A program made the position numbers and the translations under genes. From assembly GCA_035480035.1 (NCBI GenBank), contig DATIID010000001.1:73323-137322 (forward strand): 64,000 bases of DNA. The letters run 5' to 3'. Under the pieces are notes generated by a model. That model was not told where the DNA came from and ran no database searches. It saw only the letters and a list, made by a program, of their open reading frames with translations. Source of the stretch: Candidatus Saccharimonadales bacterium (GTDB lineage: Bacteria > Patescibacteriota > Saccharimonadia > Saccharimonadales > OMJO01). Of the stretch, positions 1 to 10,365 are shown one piece after another (position 1 is the first letter of the stretch; every line of letters starts with the position of its first letter).

Positions 1-1
1 A

Positions 2-661
2 ACTCGACCTTATGAAGCGTCCGGACGATTAAATGCCGAAGAAGTGACATATAAATTAGCTGATGATGACTTGTGGCTTAACGCCAGTGCCGAACATAGT
101 TTATGTACCATGTACATGGATGAAATTTTAGATGAAGCTCATTTGCCAATTCGCTATATTGGCTATTCGACTAGTTTTCGCCGCGAAGCCGGTAGTTATG
201 GTAAAGACACCGAAGGTATTTTCCGAATGCACCAATTTGATAAGCTGGAAATGGAAGTCTTTAGTACGCCAGAAACTGGCTTGGCGGAACACAAATTGTT
301 AATTGCCATCCAGGAATATTTAGTTCAAAAACTTGGATTACCATATCAGCTAATTCAAAAGTGTACTGCCGATATCGGTAAGCCAAATGCCACCGGTGTT
401 GATATCAATACCTGGATGCCGGCTCAAAAAGCCTACCGTGAAACTCATACGGCTGATTATATGACTGATTATCAAGCACGTGGTCTGAAGACTCGAGTTA
501 AGCGGGCTGATGGCCAAACCGAATTTGTCCATACTAATGATGCCACGGCTTTTGCACTCGGACGGATCTTAAAAGCCGTTATGGAAAATTATCAAAATGA
601 AGATGGCTCAATTAGAGTACCGGAAATTTTAATGCCGTACGTGGTTAGGAGTGACAAGTGA
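2..661 (+). CDS. serS: Seryl-tRNA synthetase, C-terminal catalytic domain (5' end lies outside window)
   Basis: ORF open to the window edge. Class II aaRS motif 2-like FRREAGSYGKDTEGIFRMHQF and motif 3-like GRILKAVMENYQ, typical of SerRS. Confidence 0.9.
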   Translation, partial: TRPYEASGRLNAEEVTYKLADDDLWLNASAEHSLCTMYMDEILDEAHLPIRYIGYSTSFRREAGSYGKDTEGIFRMHQFDKLEMEVFSTPETGLAEHKLLIAIQEYLVQKLGLPYQLIQKCTADIGKPNATGVDINTWMPAQKAYRETHTADYMTDYQARGLKTRVKRADGQTEFVHTNDATAFALGRILKAVMENYQNEDGSIRVPEILMPYVVRSDK

Positions 662-1014
662 TTCAAAAATTAGAAATATCAGCCGTTCACACGACTCTCA
701 GTCCCGAACTCCAAAAGTACGTAACCAAAAAAATCGGCCACCTAGATCGTTTTTTACCAAGGCATGCTCGGGCTAGTGCCCACGCCGAAGTGACGCTGAA
801 AGAGCTTCAGCCCAAGAATAAACGCCAGTGCGTTTGCGAAGTGGTGCTTTATCTGCCCAAAGAAACTATTACTACAAAGGAAGGCACAGTGAATATGTTT
901 GCGGCCGTTGATATTGTTGAAGCCAAGCTCAAGAATCAGCTCAAAAAATATAAAGATAAGCACACCACGCATCGTTTGCATCGCCGCATCATTAAACGAC
1001 TTCGCCGTCGCTAA
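658..1014 (+). CDS. hpf: Ribosome hibernation promoting factor / RaiA family (short form)
   Basis: 118 aa with S30AE-like layout (ISAVHTTLSPELQKYVTKKIGHLDRF ... MFAAVDIVEAKLKNQLKKYK). GTG start overlaps the serS stop (GTGA). Confidence 0.8.
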   Translation: MIQKLEISAVHTTLSPELQKYVTKKIGHLDRFLPRHARASAHAEVTLKELQPKNKRQCVCEVVLYLPKETITTKEGTVNMFAAVDIVEAKLKNQLKKYKDKHTTHRLHRRIIKRLRRR

Positions 1015-1103
1015 CTTTGGTTATAAAAACAACTTCGGTAAATCGGCTTTTTTGAGTTACAATAGATTAGTATTTTAGGTCAGTAGAGTACCTAAGGAGA
1101 CAA

Positions 1104-3701
1104 ATGCACCGGATTTTAAAACGGGTACTAGGTGACCCGCAGGTTAAAACAGTTAAACGTATGCGTCGTCGTGTTAAGGATGTCAATGCGCTAGCTGGTA
1201 AATACAAAGCCATGAGTGACAAAGACCTCAAGGCTCAGACTGAGGTGCTCAGAAAACGCTTAAAAAAACAGAGTCTGGATAAAATTTTACCAGATGCCTT
1301 TGCCGTAGTGCGTGAAACTGCCACCCGTACACTTGGCCAGCGGCATTTCGACGTTCAGTTAATCGGCGGTATGGTTTTACACGAAGGCAAAGTTGCTGAA
1401 ATGAAAACTGGTGAAGGTAAGACTTTAGTGGCCACACTAGCCGTTTACTTAAATGCATTGACCAAAAAAGGTGTCCATGTTGTGACGGTCAACGAATATT
1501 TAGCCCAACGTGATGCTGGTTGGATGGCTCAGATTTATGATTTCTTGGGGCTTACCACTGGTGTAATTATCGCCGATGAGTCCTTGGTTTATGACGCTAA
1601 ATTTGAAAACAAAGAGCACGATGATCCGCGAATGCAACATCTCAAACCAGCCACCCGACAAGAAGCTTATCAAGCCGATATTACTTACGGTACTAACAAT
1701 GAGTTTGGCTTTGATTATCTGCGCGACAACATGGTTCGTGAAGTCGATCAATTGCGCCAACGCGATTTGAATTACGCGATTGTCGACGAAGTTGACTCGA
1801 TTTTAATCGACGAAGCGCGCACGCCTTTAATTATTTCAGCTCCATCTGTTACTAGCGGCAGCGCTTACGCCCAGTTTTCTAAAGTCGTTCGTCAACTGCA
1901 GGACGAAAAAGATTACGAAAAGGACGAAAAGCATAAAAGTGTCGTGCTGACTGATGATGGAATTAAACATGTTGAAAAAATTCTCGGTATTAAGAACCTC
2001 TACGCTGTCGATAACATTCGTACTATTTATCACTTGGAACAAGCTTTGCGAGCTGAAGCCTTATTTAAACGCGACAAAGATTACGTTATTACTCATGACG
2101 GTGAGGTGGTGATTGTCGATGAGTTTACCGGTCGATTACTAAAGGGTCGACGTTACAATGAAGGGTTGCATCAAGCGATTGAAGCTAAAGAAGGGGTTGA
2201 AGTCCAAGAAGAATCGATGACGCTAGCCACTATTTCATTCCAGAATTACTTCCGTTTGTATGAAAAGTTGGCCGGTATGACGGGTACGGCCAGCACCGAA
2301 AGTGAAGAATTCCACCAGATTTATAAACTCGACGTGGTCGAGATCCCGCCCAACCAAAAGATTGTTCGTGAAGACCGGCCGGATCGTATTTATAAAACCG
2401 AAATGGGCAAGTTCAAAGCCATTATAAAAGAGGTGAAAGCCCTGCACACCAAGGGCCAGCCAATTCTAATCGGCAGTGCCTCGATTGAGAAGAACGAAGT
2501 GCTAGGTGAATTATTAACTCGTGCCAGCATACCGCACCAACTTCTAAACGCTAAAAATAACGAACGTGAAGCCACCACTATCTCAAAGGCCGGCGAAAAA
2601 GGCTCAGTAACGCTAGCCACAAATATTGCCGGACGTGGTACGGACATTGTCTTGGGTCAAGGTGTTAAAGAATTGGGTGGCCTGTTTGTGCTTGGTAGTG
2701 AACGCCATGAATCACGACGAATTGACAATCAGTTGCGTGGACGGTCCGGCCGGCAAGGCGATCCAGGCTTGACCCAGTTTTTTGTTAGTACCGAAGATGA
2801 TTTGATGCGAATTTTTGGTGGTGACCGAATTGGCTCGGTCATGGATCGATTGGGTGTCGATGATGAAACACCGATTGAAAACCGCGTGATTTCCAAAAGT
2901 TTGGAAGGTGCTCAGAAAAAAGTTGAAGGCTATAACTTCGATGCTCGAAAAAATGTTGTCCAATACGACGATGTGATGAATCGTCACCGTAAGGCCACTT
3001 ACGCTATGCGGCGTGAAATATTACTACAAGCCGACATTGCCAAGCGCATTAAGATCTTTGTTGAAGACGAAGTCCGTACGCTGGCTGCCTCGCCGATGTT
3101 ACTGAGTGATAAATTCGAAGCCATCGTTACAGAAGTATTCCCATTTGATGATAAAGTACTAGATCGTTTATTCAGCGCTGAAGCCAACAAATTTTCCTTA
3201 ACGCTTAAACAAGAGGCCATAGAGCTTTACGAATCGCGTGAAGCTGCCTTTACGCCGGATATCATGCGCAAGGTAGAGCGTGATATTTATCTGCAAATTC
3301 TGGATAACTTGTGGATGGAACACCTCGAAAACATGGACCATTTACGTGAAGGCATTCATTGGATTAGCGTTGGTCAACGCGATCCACTTGTGGAATATCG
3401 TCGTCAAGGCCAGCACCTGTTTGAAACCATGCAGGAGGCGTTGCGCCATGATGTTGTCAGGGCTCTATTTAATGCCCAACCAGTTGATGAATCACAACTC
3501 GAAAAACCTGTCGAAACAGAGTTGACTCGGGCAGCTCGCCAGTCAGTCGACAACGCCGATGTTATTTTAGAAGCCGAGGAGTTTAAAGAAACTGATTTCG
3601 TACCCAAAAAAGAAGGTCAAAAGCAAAAGAAATCAGCCGCCGACAAACGTAAGAAGGCCCATAAAAAAGAGCGCCAACGCAAGCGAAAGGGTCGTCACTA
3701 A
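1104..3701 (+). CDS. secA: Preprotein translocase ATPase SecA
   Basis: 865 aa. Walker A MKTGEGKTL, DEAD-like IVDEVDSILIDEARTPLIIS, TNIAGRGTDI. AAGGAG SD upstream. Lys-rich C-terminus with no Cys-rich zinc finger. Confidence 0.97.
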   Translation: MHRILKRVLGDPQVKTVKRMRRRVKDVNALAGKYKAMSDKDLKAQTEVLRKRLKKQSLDKILPDAFAVVRETATRTLGQRHFDVQLIGGMVLHEGKVAEMKTGEGKTLVATLAVYLNALTKKGVHVVTVNEYLAQRDAGWMAQIYDFLGLTTGVIIADESLVYDAKFENKEHDDPRMQHLKPATRQEAYQADITYGTNNEFGFDYLRDNMVREVDQLRQRDLNYAIVDEVDSILIDEARTPLIISAPSVTSGSAYAQFSKVVRQLQDEKDYEKDEKHKSVVLTDDGIKHVEKILGIKNLYAVDNIRTIYHLEQALRAEALFKRDKDYVITHDGEVVIVDEFTGRLLKGRRYNEGLHQAIEAKEGVEVQEESMTLATISFQNYFRLYEKLAGMTGTASTESEEFHQIYKLDVVEIPPNQKIVREDRPDRIYKTEMGKFKAIIKEVKALHTKGQPILIGSASIEKNEVLGELLTRASIPHQLLNAKNNEREATTISKAGEKGSVTLATNIAGRGTDIVLGQGVKELGGLFVLGSERHESRRIDNQLRGRSGRQGDPGLTQFFVSTEDDLMRIFGGDRIGSVMDRLGVDDETPIENRVISKSLEGAQKKVEGYNFDARKNVVQYDDVMNRHRKATYAMRREILLQADIAKRIKIFVEDEVRTLAASPMLLSDKFEAIVTEVFPFDDKVLDRLFSAEANKFSLTLKQEAIELYESREAAFTPDIMRKVERDIYLQILDNLWMEHLENMDHLREGIHWISVGQRDPLVEYRRQGQHLFETMQEALRHDVVRALFNAQPVDESQLEKPVETELTRAARQSVDNADVILEAEEFKETDFVPKKEGQKQKKSAADKRKKAHKKERQRKRKGRH

Positions 3702-3714
3702 GCGTTTAATCAAA

Positions 3715-5001
3715 ATGAAACATACAGTTAGCGAAGTCAGTCTCAAAAATGGTACAAAGGGCCTGTTCATTCATGTGCCAGATGCTACAGTGATGACTTT
3801 TGAGGTTAATTTTCGGGCTGGTGAATATCTGGTTGAGCGGGAAAAGTGGGAAGCGCCGCATATCATGGAACATGTCCTACTTGGCGCTAATCAGTTAATC
3901 CCAAAAGCCCGAGCCTTTCAGGCCGAATTTGAAAAAAACGGTGCCTACTGTAATGCTAGCACCAGTACCTATGACATAACTTATGAAGCTGAGTGTGCCG
4001 ATTTTGAATGGGATCGAATAGCTGACTTACTAATCACAGCAATTACTAAACCATTATTTTTAGATGAAGAATTTGAAGCTGAGTTTGGTAATGTCAGGGA
4101 AGAGTTAAACGCTCGGTCTAATAATCATTTTCGACACTTAAGCCTAGCTCTTCGTGAAGCCTATGGCTTTAAATCGCTAACCGACCAACAGCGGTTAGAG
4201 TTAATGGACAATGTATCAATCAGTGACATTCGTCAGCACTATGAAAATACTCATACCACCAAAAATCTGCGTTTTATCATTGCTGGCCAATTGCCACTAT
4301 CTCGACGTCAAGCCATCAAAACGATGTTGGAAAGTTTGGAATTACCAACTGGCACTGAGCGTTTGGCTCTACCAATTGAAAAGCCGAAACGGTTGAAAAG
4401 CCCGCTTTATATCAGTAATGACACCGTAAAAAATATTTACTTTTTTCTTGATACCTTTTTGTTAAAGCGGATGAACGAAGCTGAAACCGATGCTCTAAGT
4501 TTAATTAACACTATGCTGACCGAGACTTTGTATTCGCGAATTCTTGGCACTGCTCGAGAGCGGGGCTTGGTTTACCACATGAGCTCGGGCATTGGCCAAA
4601 CCCGAAACAGCAGCAACTGGTGGTTCGGCGCCCAAATTATGCCTAAGAACATTAATGCTTTGTTTGACATTATTAATACCGAGCTGGAATCAATCTTTGC
4701 CGACAATGTATTGGAAGCTGATATCGCTGCCGCTAAGCAATATGCCCTCGGTCGTTTTCAACGCGGTGCTCAAACCGTGCAAGGTACCGCCGGCGGCTAT
4801 AGTTGGCGTTATTTCTTTGACGGCAAGATAGATGATTACTACAAGGTGCCAGAACGGATTGAAGCGATTAGTAAAGAAGCCGTAGTCAAAGTAACGCGTT
4901 CTTTATTTAAAGACAATGTCTGGGGCCTAGGTGTGCTAGGCAATTGCGGCGAAGATCTAGCCAAAGAGCTGTACAAGCAAATTGCACCGCTGTGGTCCTG
5001 A
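3715..5001 (+). CDS. M16 (pitrilysin/insulinase) family zinc peptidase
   Basis: Inverted zinc motif HxxEH (HIMEH) near the N-terminus. ~430 aa two-lobe size typical of M16. Confidence 0.8.
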   Translation: MKHTVSEVSLKNGTKGLFIHVPDATVMTFEVNFRAGEYLVEREKWEAPHIMEHVLLGANQLIPKARAFQAEFEKNGAYCNASTSTYDITYEAECADFEWDRIADLLITAITKPLFLDEEFEAEFGNVREELNARSNNHFRHLSLALREAYGFKSLTDQQRLELMDNVSISDIRQHYENTHTTKNLRFIIAGQLPLSRRQAIKTMLESLELPTGTERLALPIEKPKRLKSPLYISNDTVKNIYFFLDTFLLKRMNEAETDALSLINTMLTETLYSRILGTARERGLVYHMSSGIGQTRNSSNWWFGAQIMPKNINALFDIINTELESIFADNVLEADIAAAKQYALGRFQRGAQTVQGTAGGYSWRYFFDGKIDDYYKVPERIEAISKEAVVKVTRSLFKDNVWGLGVLGNCGEDLAKELYKQIAPLWS

Positions 5002-5034
5002 AAAACAGTTAGTTACTCCTGTATAATAGCCGCT

Positions 5035-6120
5035 ATGGCGGATCTTAAGAAACAATACGACGATTTAAACCAGGCTGTCGGTGTGACGGTTAATCAATTG
5101 AAGCTCGATAATGTAGAGAGTGAGCTTGATAAGTTGACTAACGCTAGCCATCAAGCGGGTTTTTGGGATAATCCGACCAAGTCGCAAGCAACCATGAAAC
5201 GGATTGCTGATTTGTCGTCTAGAATCAAACCATGGCAAACTATCCAGAAATCGCTGTCTGATGTAAAAGAATTGCTCGAAACCAATGATAATAGTCTGAA
5301 TGATGAACTAATTGAACAAATAAAAGGGCTTGCCGATGACTTTGATGAGTTGAAGTCACAACTAAAGCTGTCTGGACCTTATGATGATCACGATACAATT
5401 ATTAGCATTTATGCTGGTGCCGGTGGTACTGATGCTCAAGATTGGGCCGATATGCTCCGGCGAATGTATCTTAGATACGCTGAAAAAGCTAGTTACACAG
5501 TTCGCGTGCTTGATGAATCAGTTGGCGAAGAAGCTGGTTTGAAAAGTACGACTTTTGAAATTGATGGTGACTTCGCTTACGGTAAATTAAAAGGTGAGCA
5601 CGGTGTCCACCGACTAGTTCGCTTAAGTCCATTTAATTCTGATAACCTTCGACAAACTAGCTTTGCTAGAGTTGAAGTAGTACCCAAAGTCGCCCAGCCA
5701 GATGAGATTGAAATTGATGAAAAAGATCTGAAAGTCGATGTTTTTCGCAGCGGTGGACACGGTGGTCAAAGCGTTAATACTACTGACTCAGCGGTTCGGT
5801 TAACTCATCTGCCGACTAATATTGTAGTGTCGATTCAGAACGAGCGTTCTCAGCTTCAAAATAAAGAAACGGCAATGACGATTCTACGTTCCAAACTGGC
5901 CCAACTACAGCTCGAACAACACACTAAAAATTTGCGTGAGCTGAAAGGTCCTAATGAGCAGGCGGCGTGGGGCAATCAAATTCGTAACTACGTTTTGCAT
6001 CCTTATAAACAGGTCAAAGATTTAAGAACTCGACACGAATCCAGTGATCCGGATAAAGTGCTTGACGGTGATTTAGAGCCGTTTATTGAAGCTTATTTAG
6101 AGCAGTCTATCGGCGATTAG
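5035..6120 (+). CDS. prfB: Peptide chain release factor 2 (single uninterrupted frame)
   Basis: SPF tripeptide (RLSPFNS) and GGQ motif (SGGHGGQSVN). No in-frame TGA or +1 frameshift site. TATAAT 5022-5027 lies 7 nt before the ATG. Confidence 0.95.
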   Translation: MADLKKQYDDLNQAVGVTVNQLKLDNVESELDKLTNASHQAGFWDNPTKSQATMKRIADLSSRIKPWQTIQKSLSDVKELLETNDNSLNDELIEQIKGLADDFDELKSQLKLSGPYDDHDTIISIYAGAGGTDAQDWADMLRRMYLRYAEKASYTVRVLDESVGEEAGLKSTTFEIDGDFAYGKLKGEHGVHRLVRLSPFNSDNLRQTSFARVEVVPKVAQPDEIEIDEKDLKVDVFRSGGHGGQSVNTTDSAVRLTHLPTNIVVSIQNERSQLQNKETAMTILRSKLAQLQLEQHTKNLRELKGPNEQAAWGNQIRNYVLHPYKQVKDLRTRHESSDPDKVLDGDLEPFIEAYLEQSIGD

Positions 6121-6142
6121 CTGGTTTGGTATAATAAAGCTA

Positions 6143-6835
6143 ATGATTTTACTCGATCGGGTAACCAAAACTTACGCTAAAAACAACGCACTAGACCGTA
6201 TCAGTCTGCATGTTGAGCCGAAAGAATTTGTCATTATTATTGGTAAAAGTGGGGCTGGCAAATCAACTTTGCTTAAACTATTGACTCGTGAAGAACTGCC
6301 TAACAGCGGTAAAATTATTGTTGGCGGGTTGGACTATGACAAATTAAAAGACAGTGATATCCCGCTGCTTCGACGTAAAATTGGCGTTGTCTTTCAAGAT
6401 TTTAAATTACTACCCAACCGTAACGCGTATGAAAATGTAGCTTTTGCGCTCGAAATTGTTGGTTATGGCAATAAAGAAATTAAGCACACCGTACCACGAG
6501 TACTTGATATTGTCGGGTTGAAAGGCAAAGAAAAGAGCATGCCACTAGAGCTGTCCGGTGGTGAGCGTCAGCGAGTGGCCATTGCCAGGGCAATTGTTCG
6601 TCAGCCAAAGATTTTGATTGCCGACGAGCCCACTGGCAACCTCGACCCCAAGCACGCTTGGGATGTTATTAAGGTACTCGAAAAAATTAACCGCTTCGGC
6701 ACTACCGTACTATTAACTACTCATAACCAAGAAATCGTTAATCGTTTAAAGCGCCGAGTCATTACTATTGACGAGGGTCGGATTACTAGTGACCGAGCCA
6801 ATGCCGAATATCACCAAAAGAGGCCGGCCGCATGA
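6143..6835 (+). CDS. ftsE: Cell division ABC ATPase FtsE
   Basis: Walker A GKSGAGKST, signature LSGGERQR, Walker B ILIADEPTGNLD. Overlaps ftsX by 4 nt. TGgTATAAT 6127-6135 lies 7 nt before the ATG. Confidence 0.93.
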   Translation: MILLDRVTKTYAKNNALDRISLHVEPKEFVIIIGKSGAGKSTLLKLLTREELPNSGKIIVGGLDYDKLKDSDIPLLRRKIGVVFQDFKLLPNRNAYENVAFALEIVGYGNKEIKHTVPRVLDIVGLKGKEKSMPLELSGGERQRVAIARAIVRQPKILIADEPTGNLDPKHAWDVIKVLEKINRFGTTVLLTTHNQEIVNRLKRRVITIDEGRITSDRANAEYHQKRPAA

Positions 6836-7776
6836 AACGACGGATTATAACTTTTTGGCGAATTATAAAAGCCGGCATTCAAAATTTCTTGCGCAATGCC
6901 ACTTTGGCAGTGGCGGCGATGGCGGTGATGATTATTACGCTGACAATTGTGCTATTTTCAGTTATCGCCAATGCCACCTTTACTCATACGATTCAGCAAA
7001 TAACTGACAAGATTGACATTTCAGTTTATCTAAAAGATTCGGTATCGCCTGAGCAGCGCCAAAAACTAATTAAAGATATATCAGCCATGCCCAATACCAA
7101 GTCGGTCAATTTCATCACTAAAGACCAAGCATTGGAGACCTATAAGAACCAGAACCAAAATAATCTCGATCTACTACAGGCGATTTCACAAACCGACAAT
7201 CCGCTGCCGGCCAGTCTACAAATCAAACCATGGGACCCTAACAAAATTCAGGACCTAAAGACTTACTTGGAGAAACCAGATGTTAAGGCCCTGCAATCAG
7301 ATGAAACGTCATATTCTGGGGCCCGTAAAGAAGCGATTGATAAAATTTCCAAAGCAACAAAGTTTATGCGTGAGGTCGGTCTTGGTGGTGTCATTGTATT
7401 TGCACTAGTGTCGATGTTAATTATCTTTAATACTATTCGTATGGCCATTTTTAACCGCCGCGATGAATTGACGATTATGCGGCTACTTGGCGCAAGCAGT
7501 TGGTATATTCGTGGACCATTTGTGGTTGAAACTATGATTTATGGCATTGTTTCAGCCGTTATTTCGGTGACCCTTTGTAACACTTTGTTTGTCGTCGCTG
7601 CCTCGGCTTTTCAAGCCAGCAGCCTGGGATTACTTGATATTAACTTTTCAAATGACTATTTTGGCCACCATTTTTGGTTAATTTTGACGTCGCAACTCGG
7701 CATTGGTATACTAATCGGTGCCGCTTCATCCTTAATTGCCACGCGGCGTTATCTCAAATTTAAATCTGCTAAATAA
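6832..7776 (+). CDS. ftsX: Cell division permease-like FtsX
   Basis: N-terminal TM, large extracytoplasmic loop, then three C-terminal TM helices (FtsX fold). Translationally coupled to ftsE. Confidence 0.88.
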   Translation: MKRRIITFWRIIKAGIQNFLRNATLAVAAMAVMIITLTIVLFSVIANATFTHTIQQITDKIDISVYLKDSVSPEQRQKLIKDISAMPNTKSVNFITKDQALETYKNQNQNNLDLLQAISQTDNPLPASLQIKPWDPNKIQDLKTYLEKPDVKALQSDETSYSGARKEAIDKISKATKFMREVGLGGVIVFALVSMLIIFNTIRMAIFNRRDELTIMRLLGASSWYIRGPFVVETMIYGIVSAVISVTLCNTLFVVAASAFQASSLGLLDINFSNDYFGHHFWLILTSQLGIGILIGAASSLIATRRYLKFKSAK

Positions 7777-7857
7777 AGAGTCGTTCTATAAAAATTAAAC
7801 CACTAACCTGGGGTGGGGCAATTTAATGACCCCTTGAATCGCGAAGGATAATGTGAT

Positions 7858-9003
7858 ATGTTTATAAGCGTAAGCAACAAAATAAAAATGAAAATTAAAA
7901 AAGTTGTCAGCAAGCGAACTAATCAATTATTGGCACTGTTAGCAGTTGTGGTTTTAAGTGCCGGTTTTTTATTGACCCCACTTGTTCGAGCTGACATATT
8001 CGATCAACAGATCAATGCCCTTAATAGCGATAATACTGCCAAATATCAAGCCAAATCTCAACTCGGTGCCGAAGCTGCTAGTTTAACTGACACAATTGCG
8101 AAGTTACAAAACCAGATTAACGCTGTCCAAGCCCAGATTAATGCTAACCAAGCTAAACGGGATGATTTAGCTAAGCAAATTGCTGCAGCTCAAGCCGAAC
8201 TTGTTAAACAAAAAGCCTTGTTGGGTGAAGATATCCGACAGATGTATCTCGACGGCCAGATAACCACTCTGGAAATGCTGGCTTCAAGCAACAACCTCAG
8301 TGACTTTGTCGACAAACAGCAATATTTGAGTACTGTTCAAAACAAAATTAAAACCGCAGTGGATACCATTACCGAACTAAAACATGAATTACATGTCAAA
8401 AAGACTGAAGTTGACCAACTACTCAAAGACGAGCAAGCCATGCAGTCTCAGCTTGATTCGCAAAAAGCTGAGCAAGACCAACTGTTGTCTCTAAACCTTA
8501 GTCAGCAGACTTCGCTTAATAACCAGATTCAAGCTAACTTTGCACAAATTGAAAACTTACGCCAACAACAAATTATAGCTAATGCACGGTTTATTGGTGA
8601 TGCCGGCAATGGTCCTGCATGTGGCGGTGGATATCCTGCCAAGTGGTGTGAAATTCCTCAAGACAGCGTTATTGACAACTGGGGTATGTATAACCGCGAG
8701 TGTGTTAGTTATACTGCGTTTCGCGTGGCTGCTTCTGGTCGCCATATGCCTTATTGGGGCGGTGTTGGTAACGCCAACCAGTGGGACGACGATGCTCGTG
8801 CCTCCGGCATTCCAGTAGACTCCAATCCGAGACCAGGTGATGTCGCGATATCAAATGCTGGTGCTTTTGGTCACGCCATGTATGTTGAGGCAGTCAATAA
8901 TAACGGTACAATTTTCATTAGTCAATATAATGCCGCTTTAAACGGTACTTTTAGCACCAATACGATTAGTCCAGGCGGTCTAGTTTTTATCCATTTTCCT
9001 TGA
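7858..9003 (+). CDS. Secreted coiled-coil + CHAP-domain peptidoglycan hydrolase (PcsB-like)
   Basis: Signal/TM (LLALLAVVVLSAGFLL), ~200 aa Q/A/L-rich coiled coil, C-terminal CHAP (NRECVSYTAFRV ... GHAMYVEAV). Start could instead be the ATG at 7888. Confidence 0.8.
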   Translation: MFISVSNKIKMKIKKVVSKRTNQLLALLAVVVLSAGFLLTPLVRADIFDQQINALNSDNTAKYQAKSQLGAEAASLTDTIAKLQNQINAVQAQINANQAKRDDLAKQIAAAQAELVKQKALLGEDIRQMYLDGQITTLEMLASSNNLSDFVDKQQYLSTVQNKIKTAVDTITELKHELHVKKTEVDQLLKDEQAMQSQLDSQKAEQDQLLSLNLSQQTSLNNQIQANFAQIENLRQQQIIANARFIGDAGNGPACGGGYPAKWCEIPQDSVIDNWGMYNRECVSYTAFRVAASGRHMPYWGGVGNANQWDDDARASGIPVDSNPRPGDVAISNAGAFGHAMYVEAVNNNGTIFISQYNAALNGTFSTNTISPGGLVFIHFP

Positions 9004-9100
9004 ATTCATACGTTTTTAAGCCAAATTTAAGCAATTAGTTATTAGCTTTTAGCTATGTAATAATAGATTAGTATTTGCCGGAAATTTAAGTGGAGGGGCA

Positions 9101-10324
9101 GTGGAGTCAGTTAAACCAAAACCCAAACGGTTTAAATTAAAATTAATCAAAAGCTTGTGCGCTGCAGTTGTAATTGTCGGTGTTTTTGGTCTGGGCCTGG
9201 GTTTTGGCAGTGGCCGCATAAATATTGGACCCGCGGCAGTTTTTCACAAGACACTTAACCCCGGTTTGCCGAATAAACTTGATTATTCAACCATCGATGA
9301 ACTTTATGCCAAACTAAAGTCTGATTTTGACGGCAGTTTGGACCAAAGCAAACTAATGGACGGACTTGGCGAGGGTTTGGTCAAAGCCGCTGGCGATCCA
9401 TATACCGAGTACTTTAATTCCAAAGACGCTCAACAATTCAATAATGACCTTGATGGCACTTTTACAGGTATTGGCGCTGAATTAAGCAAAGATGCTAAAA
9501 ATAACATCGTGGTAATAGCGCCGCTGAGCGGCTATCCTGCCGACAAAGCTGGGCTGAAACCAAAGGACATTATTGCCGAAATTGACGGTCAGAATGCCTA
9601 TGATTTAACCGTTGGCGAAGCCGTCGATAAAATCCGCGGCCCGGCCGGTTCAGTCGTCAAACTAAAAATTATTAGAAATAACCGTACTGAATTAAATTTT
9701 AGTATTACCCGCGAAAAAATAACGATTCCGAGCGTTGAAACTAAAACACTTAGTAGTGGCATTGGCTATATTAAGATTAGCCGCTTTGGCAGTGACACCG
9801 TTGATCTAACAACTAAAGCTGCTAATAAATTTAAAGCTGATGGGGTTAAGGGCATTGTTGTTGATCTTCGCAGCGACCCAGGTGGTTTGCTTGATGCGGC
9901 CGTTGGCGTATCAAGCTTATGGCTGCCCCGTGGCAAAACTATTCTAACTGAGCGGCGCAGTGACATTATTGTCAAAAGTTATTTGTCGGAAGGACCAGCT
10001 ACTTTAGCCGGAATACCGACTGTCGTGCTATTAAACGAAGGTAGCGCCAGTGCCAGTGAAATTACAGCTGGAGCCTTGAAAGACAATGGCGTAGCCACGC
10101 TGATGGGCGTTAAAAGTTTTGGTAAGGGCAGTGTCCAACAGCTCGAAAAACTAATAGGCGGTGGTATTCTTAAGGTCACGATTGCGCGCTGGTACACCCC
10201 AGATGGCAAGAATATCGATAAGGCTGGCATTACTCCCGATAAAGTCGTAAAAATCACTGACGATGATTATAAGAACGGTCGTGACCCACAGCTCGATGCC
10301 GCTACGGCTTTTCTAAATAAATAA
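9101..10324 (+). CDS. Carboxy-terminal processing protease (S41) with PDZ domain
   Basis: N-terminal TM, PDZ (SGYPADKAGLKPKDIIAEIDG), S41 Ser/Lys region (NEGSASASEI ... SFGKGSVQ). GTG start after a GGAGGGG SD. Confidence 0.9.
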   Translation: MESVKPKPKRFKLKLIKSLCAAVVIVGVFGLGLGFGSGRINIGPAAVFHKTLNPGLPNKLDYSTIDELYAKLKSDFDGSLDQSKLMDGLGEGLVKAAGDPYTEYFNSKDAQQFNNDLDGTFTGIGAELSKDAKNNIVVIAPLSGYPADKAGLKPKDIIAEIDGQNAYDLTVGEAVDKIRGPAGSVVKLKIIRNNRTELNFSITREKITIPSVETKTLSSGIGYIKISRFGSDTVDLTTKAANKFKADGVKGIVVDLRSDPGGLLDAAVGVSSLWLPRGKTILTERRSDIIVKSYLSEGPATLAGIPTVVLLNEGSASASEITAGALKDNGVATLMGVKSFGKGSVQQLEKLIGGGILKVTIARWYTPDGKNIDKAGITPDKVVKITDDDYKNGRDPQLDAATAFLNK

Positions 10325-10365
10325 ATCGATTGCAAATTTGTCAGCCGATGGTATTATAAGCTTTT

